A stretch of 64,000 bases of DNA from a virus (IMGVR_UViG_3300028423_000861:77984-141983); one strand, 5' to 3'; positions 19,588 through 29,210 are shown, numbered from the stretch's first letter. Numbers and translations are program-made. Notes: generated by a model from the sequence alone, not told the origin.

Positions 19588-19662
19588 TGGTGGGTCCTAC
19601 TAGGATCGAACTAGTGACCTCCACGATGTCAACGTGATGCTCTACCTCTGAGCTAAGGACCC
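19588..19662 (-). tRNA. tRNA-Val(GAC)
   Basis: cloverleaf, CCA. Confidence 0.95.
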
Positions 19663-19669
19663 AAAAACA

Positions 19670-19745
19670 TGGAGGCGTAGGAAGGACTCGAACCTTCATA
19701 AAACCGGGTTGCAGCCGGTGACGTCGCCGTTCCGCCCACTACGCC
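19670..19745 (-). tRNA. tRNA-Cys(GCA)
   Basis: cloverleaf, U73, CCA. Confidence 0.9.
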
Positions 19746-19755
19746 AATAATTTTA

Positions 19756-19830
19756 TGGAGCGGGCGAGGAGGGTCGAACTCCCGACCTTCTGGATGGCAA
19801 CCAGACGCTCTACCACTGAGCTACACCCGC
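19756..19830 (-). tRNA. tRNA-Gly(GCC)
   Basis: cloverleaf, CCA. Confidence 0.95.
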
Positions 19831-19862
19831 ATTATAAATATTTATATAGGAGTTTTTATTTA

Positions 19863-20666
19863 ATGTTCAAATATATTACTATAATTTTGCTATTTCTGTC
19901 AACCAGTGTTTATGCTGGTGACCCAAGTATTTTACGTGTTGATGATCACCGCGGACCTTGGATGGATACAATTGACGAAGATGCAAGAGACTATGCATAT
20001 CAACGTGTCAATAATCATACATATCGTGGACCAACTGCACTTCGTTTTGAATTGCGCGATGGTGATTGCTACACTGCATATCCAGAATCGCCTTCAAGTG
20101 GCTGGGATGATTGCACCCGTGACCGTGAAAGATCTGAAGTGCGCGAGCGTTGGTCTGCACCACTAGATACTAGCATGTGGTATCAAATCAGCATGTTTAT
20201 TCCTGAAGATTATGAACCAATGTATCCCAAGCAAATCTTTTGGCAATGGCACAATGGTGACTGGGGACCAAATCTATATTTCCATTTAAACGAAAATAAA
20301 TTTCATATCGACATCCTAACAAGACGTCATCAAACAACTACACAATATACCTTTGGGCGTGAGATTTTAAAATTGGGCTATTGGCATGAAATCACAGTAA
20401 ATGCTGTATGGTCTGCAGATCCTGAACGTGGACGTCTGTTGGTTTTCGTAGACAACCAACTAATAGTTGAACATTTTGGACCAACGCTTGATCTAGAAAC
20501 ATATTTTTCAGGAACAGGACCACATGTAAAATATGGAATATACCGCAGTCACTTATACCGTTATAATGAGCCAGGCCCACATCCTACACATGTATTATTC
20601 TTTGATGAGTATCGTCGTGGATTTGATTTTGAATCAGTAGATGTTGGAAATTATCCAGGAGATTAA
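19863..20666 (+). CDS. secreted polysaccharide lyase-like protein
   Basis: signal peptide; RFELR.GD, RERSE, QWH, K.GIYR motifs; TATAAATA and AGGAG upstream. Confidence 0.75.
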   Translation: MFKYITIILLFLSTSVYAGDPSILRVDDHRGPWMDTIDEDARDYAYQRVNNHTYRGPTALRFELRDGDCYTAYPESPSSGWDDCTRDRERSEVRERWSAPLDTSMWYQISMFIPEDYEPMYPKQIFWQWHNGDWGPNLYFHLNENKFHIDILTRRHQTTTQYTFGREILKLGYWHEITVNAVWSADPERGRLLVFVDNQLIVEHFGPTLDLETYFSGTGPHVKYGIYRSHLYRYNEPGPHPTHVLFFDEYRRGFDFESVDVGNYPGD

Positions 20667-21103
20667 TTTTTTCTTGAATCATAGAATGCTGATCGTGTTT
20701 CCCACAACCAACCACCATAACAGTCGTGGTAAACAAATGCCTTGCTGTCTTCAATTACTAATCTTGGGTCTTCAATGTTTACAGCTAGCCTATTGAATTC
20801 ATGATAACCTTCATCACGAATTTCAGGTTTATCTTCAAAACGGGCAAGGACAGGAACACGTTCTACTTCCGTGGCTGGATCTAAAATGAACCATTCAATT
20901 CCTTTATAAACACAATTTCTTTTCTTGTGAAAAGATCCACTAAGATGAAGCCAACCTGAAGTTCTTTCATCATGAATTCTAATATCATTCTGTTCAATTT
21001 TTGCTATCTCAGTGACCGGGAATACCTTGCCATCATAACGATAAGCAAGCGCGGTTAGAATTAATAGCAACCATGGCAGGACAAAAAACAAAAAATATCT
21101 CAT
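20663..21103 (-). CDS. membrane-anchored hypothetical protein, paralog of 21692-22213
   Basis: shared F.K.RNC and VYH.C.G.WLW.T.S.FY. Confidence 0.7.
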   Translation of the reverse strand: MRYFLFFVLPWLLLILTALAYRYDGKVFPVTEIAKIEQNDIRIHDERTSGWLHLSGSFHKKRNCVYKGIEWFILDPATEVERVPVLARFEDKPEIRDEGYHEFNRLAVNIEDPRLVIEDSKAFVYHDCYGGWLWETRSAFYDSRKN

Positions 21104-21133
21104 ATGCTTATTTATATAACTGTCAAATGATCA

Positions 21134-21221
21134 TGGCGGATAGCGGGTGAATCGAACACCACGGATTTCTCCGCGCACCGCTTTCCAGGCGGCCGTCTGC
21201 ACCAGCTAGACATCACTATCC
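21134..21221 (-). tRNA. tRNA-Ser(GGA), 8/4 fold
   Basis: 8-bp acceptor, 4-bp T stem, CCA. Confidence 0.85.
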
Positions 21222-21695
21222 ACAACTTTTATACCCGTGACTTTTTACAAGGTCTTTTCCTGAAAGTATGGCCCATTGATCTTCCTGTGTATCTCGCCAT
21301 ACTTTTTCAAACCATTCAGCAAGTGAGTCACTGTAATGACTCTTCAGGGTATATACTGCAAACAGCTTGGTAACATAAAGTTCTGGCACTTTTGAATCTT
21401 TTGCTTTTCTCGGTGCGTGAAAATAAAAATCAACACCAGGATCCACACACTCTGCAACCTTCAAATACATCGTGCAGGCACTATAACATGTCTGATCTAA
21501 AATAATGGTTTCGTTGTTTTCCTGCATTTTTGATATATTTGCACGGTGTGAATAAATTTCACCACCAAACCAAGAAAATTTTGCCGGATCAACCATGATA
21601 TCGGATCCCGAATAAATCATAAACATCGTTGTAAGAAAGGTTATTGCTGGCGAAGCAGCCAGAGCCAATAACACTATTCTTAAAATTTTAATCAC
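21216..21695 (-). CDS. hypothetical protein related to 1075-1803
   Basis: CYSAC and FH motifs. Confidence 0.6.
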   Translation of the reverse strand: MIKILRIVLLALAASPAITFLTTMFMIYSGSDIMVDPAKFSWFGGEIYSHRANISKMQENNETIILDQTCYSACTMYLKVAECVDPGVDFYFHAPRKAKDSKVPELYVTKLFAVYTLKSHYSDSLAEWFEKVWRDTQEDQWAILSGKDLVKSHGYKSCG

Positions 21696-22213
21696 GGGTG
21701 TGGATTCCTGGTTTTCTTTAACCTCGTTTTTTGTATCTCACTGCTATAAAACAGGCTCTTCGTTTTCCACAGCCATTCCCCATGGCATTTGTGATACACA
21801 TATGCGTAACTTTCAGTTACAATTAAATCTGGACTTAACCTTACTCTTAAGTAACTAGATTTTTGGTGGCCTGGTTCACGTACAATTGGCATTTTTTCTT
21901 TTAAAGATGGATCTGGACCAAGTAAAACCGGAACATTTACTGAATCAAGTTTTGAAAAAGATCTGCGCGTTCCATAATACCATCTTATTTCTTCTAATGA
22001 ACAATTCCTGAGCTTATCAAACTCACCTACAACTCTTGTCCAATCGTCAGTTCGATCTAGTCGCATCGACGTTATTTCTGGAGGTGTGACTACAGGATTT
22101 AATCTACCATCAAGCAATGCATATAGCATGGTTCCGATAGTTAATGACCAGACCAAAATGCCAAGATAGATAGCATTTTTGAATCTGTTCAATTTTTTTT
22201 CATTCCATGCCAT
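21692..22213 (-). CDS. membrane-anchored hypothetical protein
   Basis: paralog of 20663-21103; AGGAG SD. Confidence 0.7.
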   Translation of the reverse strand: MAWNEKKLNRFKNAIYLGILVWSLTIGTMLYALLDGRLNPVVTPPEITSMRLDRTDDWTRVVGEFDKLRNCSLEEIRWYYGTRRSFSKLDSVNVPVLLGPDPSLKEKMPIVREPGHQKSSYLRVRLSPDLIVTESYAYVYHKCHGEWLWKTKSLFYSSEIQKTRLKKTRNPHP

Positions 22214-22321
22214 GACAATCTCCTTAATGAATATTTATTCATACTGGAGATTTTTTTATGTAGCATGTTAATAAAATTGTTACCCCTGATCGTATTCAAA
22301 CCGACACTGGAAAAGTAACTT

Positions 22322-22404
22322 TGGTGGGCACGGCGGGACTCGAACCCGCAAGCCGAAGCAGAAGATTTTAAGTCTCCCGTGTATACCAATTCCACCACGT
22401 GCCC
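22322..22404 (-). tRNA. tRNA-Leu(UAA)
   Basis: cloverleaf, CCA. Confidence 0.95.
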
Positions 22405-22852
22405 AAATTTCTAAATTATGTTATTTCGTCAAAGTCTACGCTTCATAAAATATCCCATACTGGTTATGCCAGCAAGATATGCCCTAAACAGTGCTTCTTC
22501 GGCATCGGTTTTTAATAGTTCAGCAAGTTCGTCTTGATTCTCGCGGAACCAGGCCTTCCAAGTTGTGTCGTCGTCAGTCATGTGTCGGATATACCCTTGT
22601 TATTTTCCAGTCACTGAATTCGTGATATAAGTTGTGCTTAGATTTACACTGCTTCAATACTACTAGTATAGACTCAAAATCTTCTCCGGACAATATTGCC
22701 GGCACTTCGCGGCAATCCTGATAATGCAACATTTGAAAATGTCTTCCATCATCAGTATGAAAATTGATCACTGTTCGATCAATATTAAAATTAACATCTT
22801 CCAATGTCATGCCAATTAAATCAGAAACATGTGTCATTTTTTCACTTTAATT

Positions 22853-22939
22853 TGGTGCTAGCTGAAGGATTCGAACCTTCGACGGGCAATCGCCAACGGC
22901 TTACAAGACCGTTCCCTTCGTCCACTCGGGCAAGCTAGC
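22853..22939 (-). tRNA. tRNA-Thr(UGU) with long variable arm
   Basis: ACGGU-CUUGUAA-GCCGU; class II-type body. Confidence 0.85.
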
Positions 22940-22949
22940 ATATATATTC

Positions 22950-23040
22950 AAACAGTATTTACGACGGGACTCGAACCCGCACCTCCGGATTTCCAAAACG
23001 CTGCAATGCTGTTCCGGTGAACTACCACTTATTCTACGCG
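22950..23040 (-). ncRNA. tRNA-like RNA with 23-nt expanded anticodon loop, no CCA
   Basis: D arm, CCGGA/UCCGG stem, canonical T arm. Confidence 0.55.
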
Positions 23041-23278
23041 CCTACTGCTCGGTCCGCTCCTACGTCAAGTTCTTATAGCATCGTCTCCCTGTAGTGTCAA
23101 CACTTCTGATCAGTTTTCACTTCGCTTTCGCATTGTGCCTGTCTGGCCCTTCCCCAGCTCACGGTTTTTATAGCTTTGCAACGTGTTACACAATGTTTCC
23201 GCTCCGTTTCCACATCACCTCCGTGATGTCTTACAGTTTGGCTCAACTATCGCCCCGTGACGCGGTGGCTTGCGATTC

Positions 23279-23365
23279 TGGTGCTAACTGAAGGATTTGA
23301 ACCTTCGATGGGCTTGTGCCAACGGCTTACGAAACCGTTCCCTTCGTCCGCTCGGGCAAGCTAGC
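23279..23365 (-). tRNA. tRNA-Thr(CGU) with long variable arm, paralog of 22853
   Basis: near-identical body, different wobble base. Confidence 0.85.
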
Positions 23366-23371
23366 AATTTT

Positions 23372-23447
23372 TGGTGGAACCCCGCGGAATCGAACCGCAG
23401 TCTCCTGGGCTTCAACCAGGCGTGAGCACCAGCCTCACCAGAGTTCC
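23372..23447 (-). tRNA. tRNA-Phe(GAA)
   Basis: cloverleaf, CCA. Confidence 0.9.
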
Positions 23448-23818
23448 AATTGTTCAAAATCTAGGTTCTCAACTATCAAGAACCTTTTATCTGTATGTTG
23501 ATTGATAACAGCATTCATTTTCTGTCTGTCATTACCCCCTGTCGCTCTACCAGTGATCTACAGAAGCGTTATTCTTACTCGCCTGGATCCTGGTCTCCTG
23601 GAAAATCCCAAGAAGGCAAATCTCCGATTTCTTTTAGTGTAACCGTTGCTTCATGAAGATCAATTACTTCAATTCCTGACTCATTATCAAAAATATCCGG
23701 ACGATCTCGTCTTGCTGAACGTTCTGCATGTGCAGGATTTTCTGCAACAATTACAAACTGTTGATCATAATAATTTTCGGTTTGAACTAAAAATATTTTC
23801 ATCTTACACCTAAAATCT

Positions 23819-23894
23819 TGGTGGCCTATCATGGACTCGAACCATGTAACCCTTCCTTATGAGAGAAGTGCGTGAACCCTTTCGCCTATAGGCC
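23819..23894 (-). tRNA. tRNA(CAU), Met or Ile2
   Basis: cloverleaf, CCA. Confidence 0.85.
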
Positions 23895-23895
23895 G

Positions 23896-24040
23896 TAAAT
23901 CTTTACTATCAAAAATACCTTTTCGTATCTTGTTTATTTCTTCTTCAGTAATAATGCAGATATTGTCCTTTACAGTAATCCATTTAGCAATATCTCGTTC
24001 TTGTATATAACCTTTTACTTCAACATACATTCCATTTGTT
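23896..24040 (-). pseudogene. remnant of PD-(D/E)XK-type endonuclease
   Basis: YVEVKGY...RD..KW fragment lacking an N-terminus. Confidence 0.5.
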
Positions 24041-24070
24041 ATAGAATGACATATTTTGTCATAATGTCAA

Positions 24071-24144
24071 TGGTGGAGCACCGGGGAATCGAACCCCGTG
24101 ACGCCGATCTTGCAAGGATCAGCCGTGACCCATCAACGTGCCCC
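24071..24144 (-). tRNA. tRNA-Ala(UGC), reduced D arm
   Basis: G3-U70, CCA. Confidence 0.85.
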
Positions 24145-24359
24145 AAAAATCTTGTTAGGCAGTTTAACAACAACAATTCTGAATGCCTAGGTTGGGCGTG
24201 TTAAGAGCTCGTCCCCTTCTCACATACAGTATTTAACGTTTCGCTTTCAACGTTTGGGGATGCATGTTCACCCGCTGCCTATTTCTGCCCGCCTGGGATT
24301 CGAACCCATATTCATTTTTTCTAAGGCGCAGACCACGCTACCGGCCAGCAGATTAACTT

Positions 24360-24479
24360 TGGTGGGCTGTCCAGGATTCGAACCCGTTTTCTAAAGACTC
24401 ACGCTATTCCACTCATTGACTACGGGGTGTGTAGTATGTTGGACGTGTAGCAGCATAACCAATACCACAAAAACAGCCC
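24360..24479 (-). ncRNA. 120-nt tRNA-like RNA with intact acceptor and T loop, replaced anticodon domain
   Basis: GGGCUGU/ACAGCCC-A-CCA; GGUUCGAAUCC. Confidence 0.65.
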
Positions 24480-24593
24480 GAAAAAATTTGATACTATCGC
24501 TTGCCTTACCGGTGTATCAAACCGGCGCCAGTTTAAGGTACGGCGCTGCATACCACGTGCCTTTTCTCACGCTATCGTGGAGTTACCTATCAG

Positions 24594-25007
24594 TTAGTTG
24601 TATAGTTTATGAACCATTTCTAACAATTCTTGGTTATCATCTATACATCCGGTATAAATTTCATCAACCTCACAGTCTGTGCAATCAAGACTGTCGATAA
24701 TAAACTGTGCTGGAATTTTGCGATCATTACAAAACTCTTCGAATTCCGCAGTAGCAAGTTCGCCACCACTATCACTCACAACAACCAATTTTTTATTATC
24801 AACATCAAAAACGTTTGTTATGGTTCCTGATTCACAGTATTCATCTACATCTGGTTCCATGCAGATAGATTCAAATTGTTTGACCCATTCATTGAGTTGT
24901 TCATCATTCATGACAGCAACAACACTATCGCAACATTCAAGCAGCGATTCGGCTGTGCTATAATCATCAAAAACAAAATATTTAGAATAGCTTGGTTGGA
25001 TTTTCAT
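24594..25007 (-). CDS. acidic hypothetical protein
   Basis: ORF track. Confidence 0.65.
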   Translation of the reverse strand: MKIQPSYSKYFVFDDYSTAESLLECCDSVVAVMNDEQLNEWVKQFESICMEPDVDEYCESGTITNVFDVDNKKLVVVSDSGGELATAEFEEFCNDRKIPAQFIIDSLDCTDCEVDEIYTGCIDDNQELLEMVHKLYN

Positions 25008-25037
25008 TCTATTACCATGTTAAGTTAAAATTAATTT

Positions 25038-25105
25038 TGGCAGGGGGTAAAGGAGTCGAACCTTTTATGTTCTGATTTGGACCCAGCCCATTTGACAACC
25101 CCCCT
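25038..25105 (-). tRNA. D-armless tRNA-Trp(CCA)
   Basis: acceptor, anticodon and T arms present; D arm replaced by short linker. Confidence 0.65.
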
Positions 25106-25111
25106 ATATTC

Positions 25112-25185
25112 TGGCGACCCATGGGAGAATCGAACTCCCGACCTCGGATAGACAATCCGGTATGATACCACTTCATCAATGGGCC
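25112..25185 (-). tRNA. tRNA-Asp(GUC)
   Basis: cloverleaf, CCA. Confidence 0.9.
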
Positions 25186-25191
25186 ATAATC

Positions 25192-25267
25192 TGGTCCTGC
25201 GCTGAGGAATCGAACCTCATCCTCCCGGGCCACAACCGAGCGTGACAACCTTTTTCACCTACGCAGG
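25192..25267 (-). tRNA. tRNA-His(GUG), no G-1, A73
   Basis: CCUGCGU/GCGCAGG-A-CCA. Confidence 0.9.
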
Positions 25268-25336
25268 ATATTCGTATAACCTGAAGACATCTGGATATTT
25301 TTTTATCCTCTCACTCGTCATTTAATAAAACATGCT

Positions 25337-25423
25337 TCTTTGAAAGGTGGACTCCATCATCAAGATAATTTACAATATCTTACCGCTACTGAAAACAGAG
25401 CCAAAGGTGATAAATTAATTTAG
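25337..25423 (+). pseudogene. C-terminal remnant of HNH endonuclease
   Basis: KGGLHHQDNLQYLTATENRAKGDK*. Confidence 0.65.
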
Positions 25424-25425
25424 CT

Positions 25426-25501
25426 TGGCGGTTTTATCTTGACTTGAACAAGAAACTCTGGTTTAGGAGACCAGTGTGATATCCAGTTTCACCATAAAAC
25501 C
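25426..25501 (-). tRNA. tRNA-Arg(CCU)
   Basis: cloverleaf, CCA. Confidence 0.9.
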
Positions 25502-25676
25502 AATCCAGTCGGACAGGACATTTATTCTCGTGGTTCTTGTGGTGCTGTCCACTACCACCATCGGCTCCTGATACTTTTTACGGAGGTTGTGTCCCTCGGA
25601 CAAATTTAACCACGGCGATCTTTTAAAGTTGAGTATTTTATACTACAAATCTCTAAACGTAGATCGCACAACGTAT

Positions 25677-25751
25677 TGGCGCCCCTAGTAGGATTCGAAC
25701 CCACAACACACGGTTTCGAAGACCGTTGCTCTTCCGTTGAGCTATAGAGGC
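25677..25751 (-). tRNA. tRNA-Arg(UCG)
   Basis: cloverleaf, CCA. Confidence 0.95.
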
Positions 25752-25756
25752 ATATA

Positions 25757-25781
25757 TGGACCTCCGGGTTGGGTTCGAACC
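25757..25781 (-). pseudogene. 3' fragment of split tRNA (probably Gln)
   Basis: GGUUCGAACCCAAC-CCGGAGG-U-CCA; pairs with 26529-26535. Confidence 0.75.
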
Positions 25782-25782
25782 T

Positions 25783-26493
25783 TTAAAAGTTGGATGCGCG
25801 ACTAGGACTCGAACCTAGATTAGCTGGCTCAGAACCAGTTTTCCTACCATTAGAAGACCGCGCAGCATTTGTTTTGCAATTATCAAAATGCCATCTTTTC
25901 ATGTTATTCGGAGACCCTTCTTTCTCGCAATGCGGACATGTTATCTTAGGTTTAGGCTTTCCTTTTGGCCAGCCACCTTCATTGGAATTAAGGGCATAAT
26001 ATTCTTTCATCACTTTAGAATGATTTTGTTTATATTTTTCGCTCTTCTCTCTTCCTTTAAGAGCTGCAGAACGCTTCTTTCTTTCTACATCAGGCATAGG
26101 GCCGATTAACTTACCTTTATTCCAAGGAGTGCGACTAGATGTCGCTATACCAATTTTTTCTTTTGCCTCTGGTGAATGTTGTCTTCCGAGAAACGCCGTT
26201 TTTGCTTTAACCGGATCCCAACCGCCATTGCCACCAACACAAAGGTTGTAATTGGTTTCTTGCAGCACAAATTCTTCAGTTACTAATTCAGCTTCTTTAG
26301 CATTCATGTCATCTTCATTATCAAATATGTGTAGTATTTCCTTTTGAAAATTCTCTATACCATATTTGTTAATTGCGCGTTGAATCAATAATCCTGATCC
26401 TAAATATCCGTCATCTAAATTTGAAGTTTTATGCTTACCAATATAAATCATATTGGTAATTTGGTTAGTAATTTTATAAACAGTGTGAAACAT
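25783..26493 (-). mobile_element. GIY-YIG (Seg-like) homing endonuclease
   Basis: VYKITN..T.MIYIGKH.T...DDGYLGSG, YNL..GG.GG. Confidence 0.9.
25791..25864 (-). tRNA. tRNA-Gln(CUG), nested in 3' end of endonuclease ORF
   Basis: cloverleaf, U73, CCA. Confidence 0.9.
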
Positions 26494-26504
26494 ATTCTTA
26501 TTTA

Positions 26505-26535
26505 TCAGACGTCCAACCAATTAGACCGCCGGAGG
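26505..26535 (-). pseudogene. 5' fragment of split tRNA (probably Gln)
   Basis: CCUCCGG plus D arm GGUCUAAUUGGUUGGAC, similar to tRNA-Gln(UUG) at 29042. Confidence 0.75.
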
Positions 26536-26542
26536 ATTATTC

Positions 26543-26617
26543 TGGTGCTCCCAAGAGGAATCGAACCTCTAACTGATCCGTACCAAGGATCTGTGTTCCC
26601 GTTATCACCATAGGAGC
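26543..26617 (-). tRNA. tRNA-Thr(GGU)
   Basis: cloverleaf, CCA. Confidence 0.9.
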
Positions 26618-26619
26618 AA

Positions 26620-26702
26620 TGGAGCGGATAGGCGGAATCGAACCGCTTGCTCACAGCTTGGAAGGCTGCTGATAACACCAGTTACCATGAAGCTCTACCC
26701 GC
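26620..26702 (-). tRNA. tRNA-Gly(UCC) with extra nucleotides before the D arm
   Basis: GCAGC-CUUCCAA-GCUGU, CCA. Confidence 0.8.
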
Positions 26703-26968
26703 TCAGTTATAAATGTAGACAATACGAGATGTATAACCAAACTCATTGTCTAGTATTCTTTGCATGAGTTCTGCTTTTTGTGTTGCAGCTTGCTCTGTTC
26801 TAGCATCAACATAATCTCGCCCTAGCGAGAAGCTCTTAAGCAGCCTCTGACGTAATTTAGTTAGTATTTGATCACTGTAACTACGACGGACTTCATATCT
26901 TATACGATACTTTTCGTTCTCGCCCTGTGCGTATATAATAAAATCTGTATCTGCTGTAACAACCATGA

Positions 26969-27448
26969 TTATCTGCTTACATAAAAGCCCGCACCGCCCC
27001 AGGATGTGCCACTAACTTTACCGTAAAATACTCGAACACCATCGCTGGTCATGAAAGAATGACTGTCTGTGACGTCTATTTGTCCATCCGTATATACGCT
27101 TATTGTTTCTTCAAAATCACTGATAATATCACGACGTGTGCTGAGATCAATATCTGATCCGATCTTGAGAAAAGCAATATAACGACGATCGAATTGTCCT
27201 TGAGGAATGTCGATATTGTATTCTGGTTCGATCATGCTATAGCTACGAGCGATGAATTTTCCAGTATCCGGGCCACTTGGACGTTCTTTATAGCCGGCTC
27301 CAGCTTCGCTTTCCCAAGTTCGAGCAACGTCCGCCGTTACTCTCATTAAACGACTTTCAAGACTGTCAAAGTTCATGTCGATTTCTTGTATATTATTCAC
27401 AGCCTCAATCAATGACATGATCTCTCTCATCTCTCGCCCATCTGACAT
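26969..27448 (-). CDS. hypothetical protein
   Basis: AGGAG SD and TATAAATA upstream. Confidence 0.7.
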   Translation of the reverse strand: MSDGREMREIMSLIEAVNNIQEIDMNFDSLESRLMRVTADVARTWESEAGAGYKERPSGPDTGKFIARSYSMIEPEYNIDIPQGQFDRRYIAFLKIGSDIDLSTRRDIISDFEETISVYTDGQIDVTDSHSFMTSDGVRVFYGKVSGTSWGGAGFYVSR

Positions 27449-27493
27449 TATCAATACTCCTACATTATCAGTATTTATATGTCAACATAATAA

Positions 27494-27568
27494 TGGAGGA
27501 CCGTCTGGGGTTCGAACCCAGGACACGAGGATTAAAAGTCCCCTGCTCTACCACTGAGCTAACGGTCC
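27494..27568 (-). tRNA. tRNA-Lys(UUU)
   Basis: cloverleaf, CCA. Confidence 0.95.
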
Positions 27569-27586
27569 ACCGTTGTTTCATGATAT

Positions 27587-27664
27587 TGGTAGACCGGGTG
27601 GGGTTCGAACCCACGTTGACAGGGATTAAGAGTCCCTCGCTAAACCAAACTCAGCTACCGGTCC
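27587..27664 (-). tRNA. tRNA-Lys(CUU)
   Basis: cloverleaf, CCA. Confidence 0.95.
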
Positions 27665-27684
27665 ACGAATATCACGAAAGTATA

Positions 27685-27772
27685 TGGAGGACCGGGTGGG
27701 ATTCGAACCCACGATGGGCTTGCGCCACTGGATTAAAAGTCCAGTCTCTTCGACCGCTCGAGTCACCGGTCC
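27685..27772 (-). tRNA. tRNA-Lys(UUU) with long variable arm
   Basis: class II-type D loop and GGC-GCAA-GCC arm. Confidence 0.85.
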
Positions 27773-27878
27773 AGGTGAAATGCAACTATATTGTCATCCC
27801 ATCCTGGACCGCTGCGTTGTCCAGGACAGTTAGGTTTTCTTGGCCTTGCGTTTCATTGCTCTGTCCTTTCTGTTTCAA

Positions 27879-28595
27879 TTAGAGCTGAACCTTACTGGTT
27901 CGATTAATCATAAAAGCGGCTTCGCCGTTTTCTTCAAGTAGTTTGCCCATGTCTTCAAATGTGATATAGCAATCTCCATCTATACCCCATGTTCGACCCC
28001 ATGAATTGCGCAATGTAAAGTATCCTTTCTTTACATTCACCGCGCGGGCCAGGAGTGCATGGCCTCCCATAATACTTCCAGATGGTTGGATAAATCCATT
28101 TTCATCTGGCTTATACATTCCTTCATACCATCTAACACCCAACACTGCTGGACCGTTGTAACCTACACCCAAAACTAGATCTTCAAGTCCAAATGCCCAG
28201 CGATATGATTTAAAGAACCCAATCTTTTTCATAACTTTGATCCCAGCCAGAACACTTGTTCCTTCATACTGTGGATCTCCGCCTGGATAAACGCCACCTG
28301 GCCACGGGTCTATTTTTTGAGCTTCATGGTATACATTTTCAACCAAATAGTCAAATGTTAAACCTTTAAATTCAGCTGGTCTTGACGCTGCCTCATGTCC
28401 AAGTGCAAATCCAACACATGCGCCCTCGCGGCCTTGGTCAAACCATTCATTGCAACGCCAGGTATATGATCTTGGAAACTTATCAGAAACAAGTTCACTA
28501 ATTGGATATTCACGGCTTCTTTCATCGAAGTTTTCTAGTCTTGTCAGTCGTGAATCCTGTGTTACGGTGCCATTTTTTAATTTTACGGATGTCAT
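27879..28595 (-). CDS. papain-like (C1) cysteine peptidase
   Basis: DQGREGACVGF, GGHA, RNSWGRTWG. Confidence 0.9.
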   Translation of the reverse strand: MTSVKLKNGTVTQDSRLTRLENFDERSREYPISELVSDKFPRSYTWRCNEWFDQGREGACVGFALGHEAASRPAEFKGLTFDYLVENVYHEAQKIDPWPGGVYPGGDPQYEGTSVLAGIKVMKKIGFFKSYRWAFGLEDLVLGVGYNGPAVLGVRWYEGMYKPDENGFIQPSGSIMGGHALLARAVNVKKGYFTLRNSWGRTWGIDGDCYITFEDMGKLLEENGEAAFMINRTSKVQL

Positions 28596-28623
28596 ATCAA
28601 ATCTCCCTTTACGGAGATATTTA

Positions 28624-28699
28624 TGGTCAGGGTGGAGGGTCTCGAACCCCCGTTCTCCTGGCTCCAAACCAGGCGACTTACCAACTAGCCCACACCCTG
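28624..28699 (-). tRNA. tRNA-Pro(UGG)
   Basis: cloverleaf, CCA. Confidence 0.9.
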
Positions 28700-28705
28700 A
28701 AAAAC

Positions 28706-28760
28706 TGGAGCAAAGATTCGGACTGTTTACCGCCAGACAATTCTGATTAATACTCTTTGC
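28706..28760 (-). ncRNA. 55-nt minihelix-like RNA ending in CCA
   Basis: GCAAAGA/UCUUUGC-U-CCA. Confidence 0.4.
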
Positions 28761-28783
28761 CAATATTATCTGGATATTATATT

Positions 28784-28860
28784 TGGTAGGCGGTGGCGGA
28801 ATTGAACCCCAAACCGACGCGATCTTGTAAGGATCGCCGACTACACCATAGCTGCCGCCT
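28784..28860 (-). tRNA. atypical tRNA-Val(UAC)
   Basis: CGAUC-CUUACAA-GAUCG; anticodon arm resembles tRNA-Ala at 24071. Confidence 0.7.
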
Positions 28861-28869
28861 ATAAAAACT

Positions 28870-28945
28870 TGGTCTGGATGGCTGGATTCGAACCAGCGTT
28901 CAATCCTTCCGAGGGATTGCGATGCGTCCACTCTCTTACACCCAG
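28870..28945 (-). tRNA. tRNA-Pro(CGG)
   Basis: cloverleaf with weak D arm, CCA. Confidence 0.8.
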
Positions 28946-28950
28946 TAATA

Positions 28951-29027
28951 TGGTGGGCCTCCTTGGATTCGAACCAAGACTCTCAACCGTTATGAGCGGC
29001 GCGTGTTAACCGTTACACCAGAAGCCC
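28951..29027 (-). tRNA. tRNA(CAU), probably Ile2
   Basis: cloverleaf, CCA. Confidence 0.85.
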
Positions 29028-29041
29028 GAAAACATTCATAT

Positions 29042-29116
29042 TGGATCTCCCTGCTGGATTCGAACCCGCAACTCCGGAACCAAACTCCGACGTCCTGCCA
29101 ATTAGACCAAGGGAGA
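29042..29116 (-). tRNA. tRNA-Gln(UUG)
   Basis: cloverleaf, U73, CCA. Confidence 0.9.
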
Positions 29117-29210
29117 ACAAATTATTAACATAGCTAGCCCCTCCACTCCTTCCGGCACCCCGTGTGCGCTGCTATGTTGAACGACTTTCTCGTTCTTAAC
29201 CACGGATCTT

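Noticed and set aside
19755-19862. N-terminal extensions of ORFs through tRNA genes (also 16845-16928, 28596-28931)
   Set aside because: ORF-caller artefacts; the real starts lie downstream with promoter or SD support.
22574-22837. Possible deletion-fused ORF (break after HYQDC)
   Set aside because: Based only on vague recall of a homolog family; cannot be supported without alignment.
29127-29178. SRP RNA-like CCGGAAGG hairpin
   Set aside because: The conserved flanking CAGG/AGCA internal loop is missing and it is too short.
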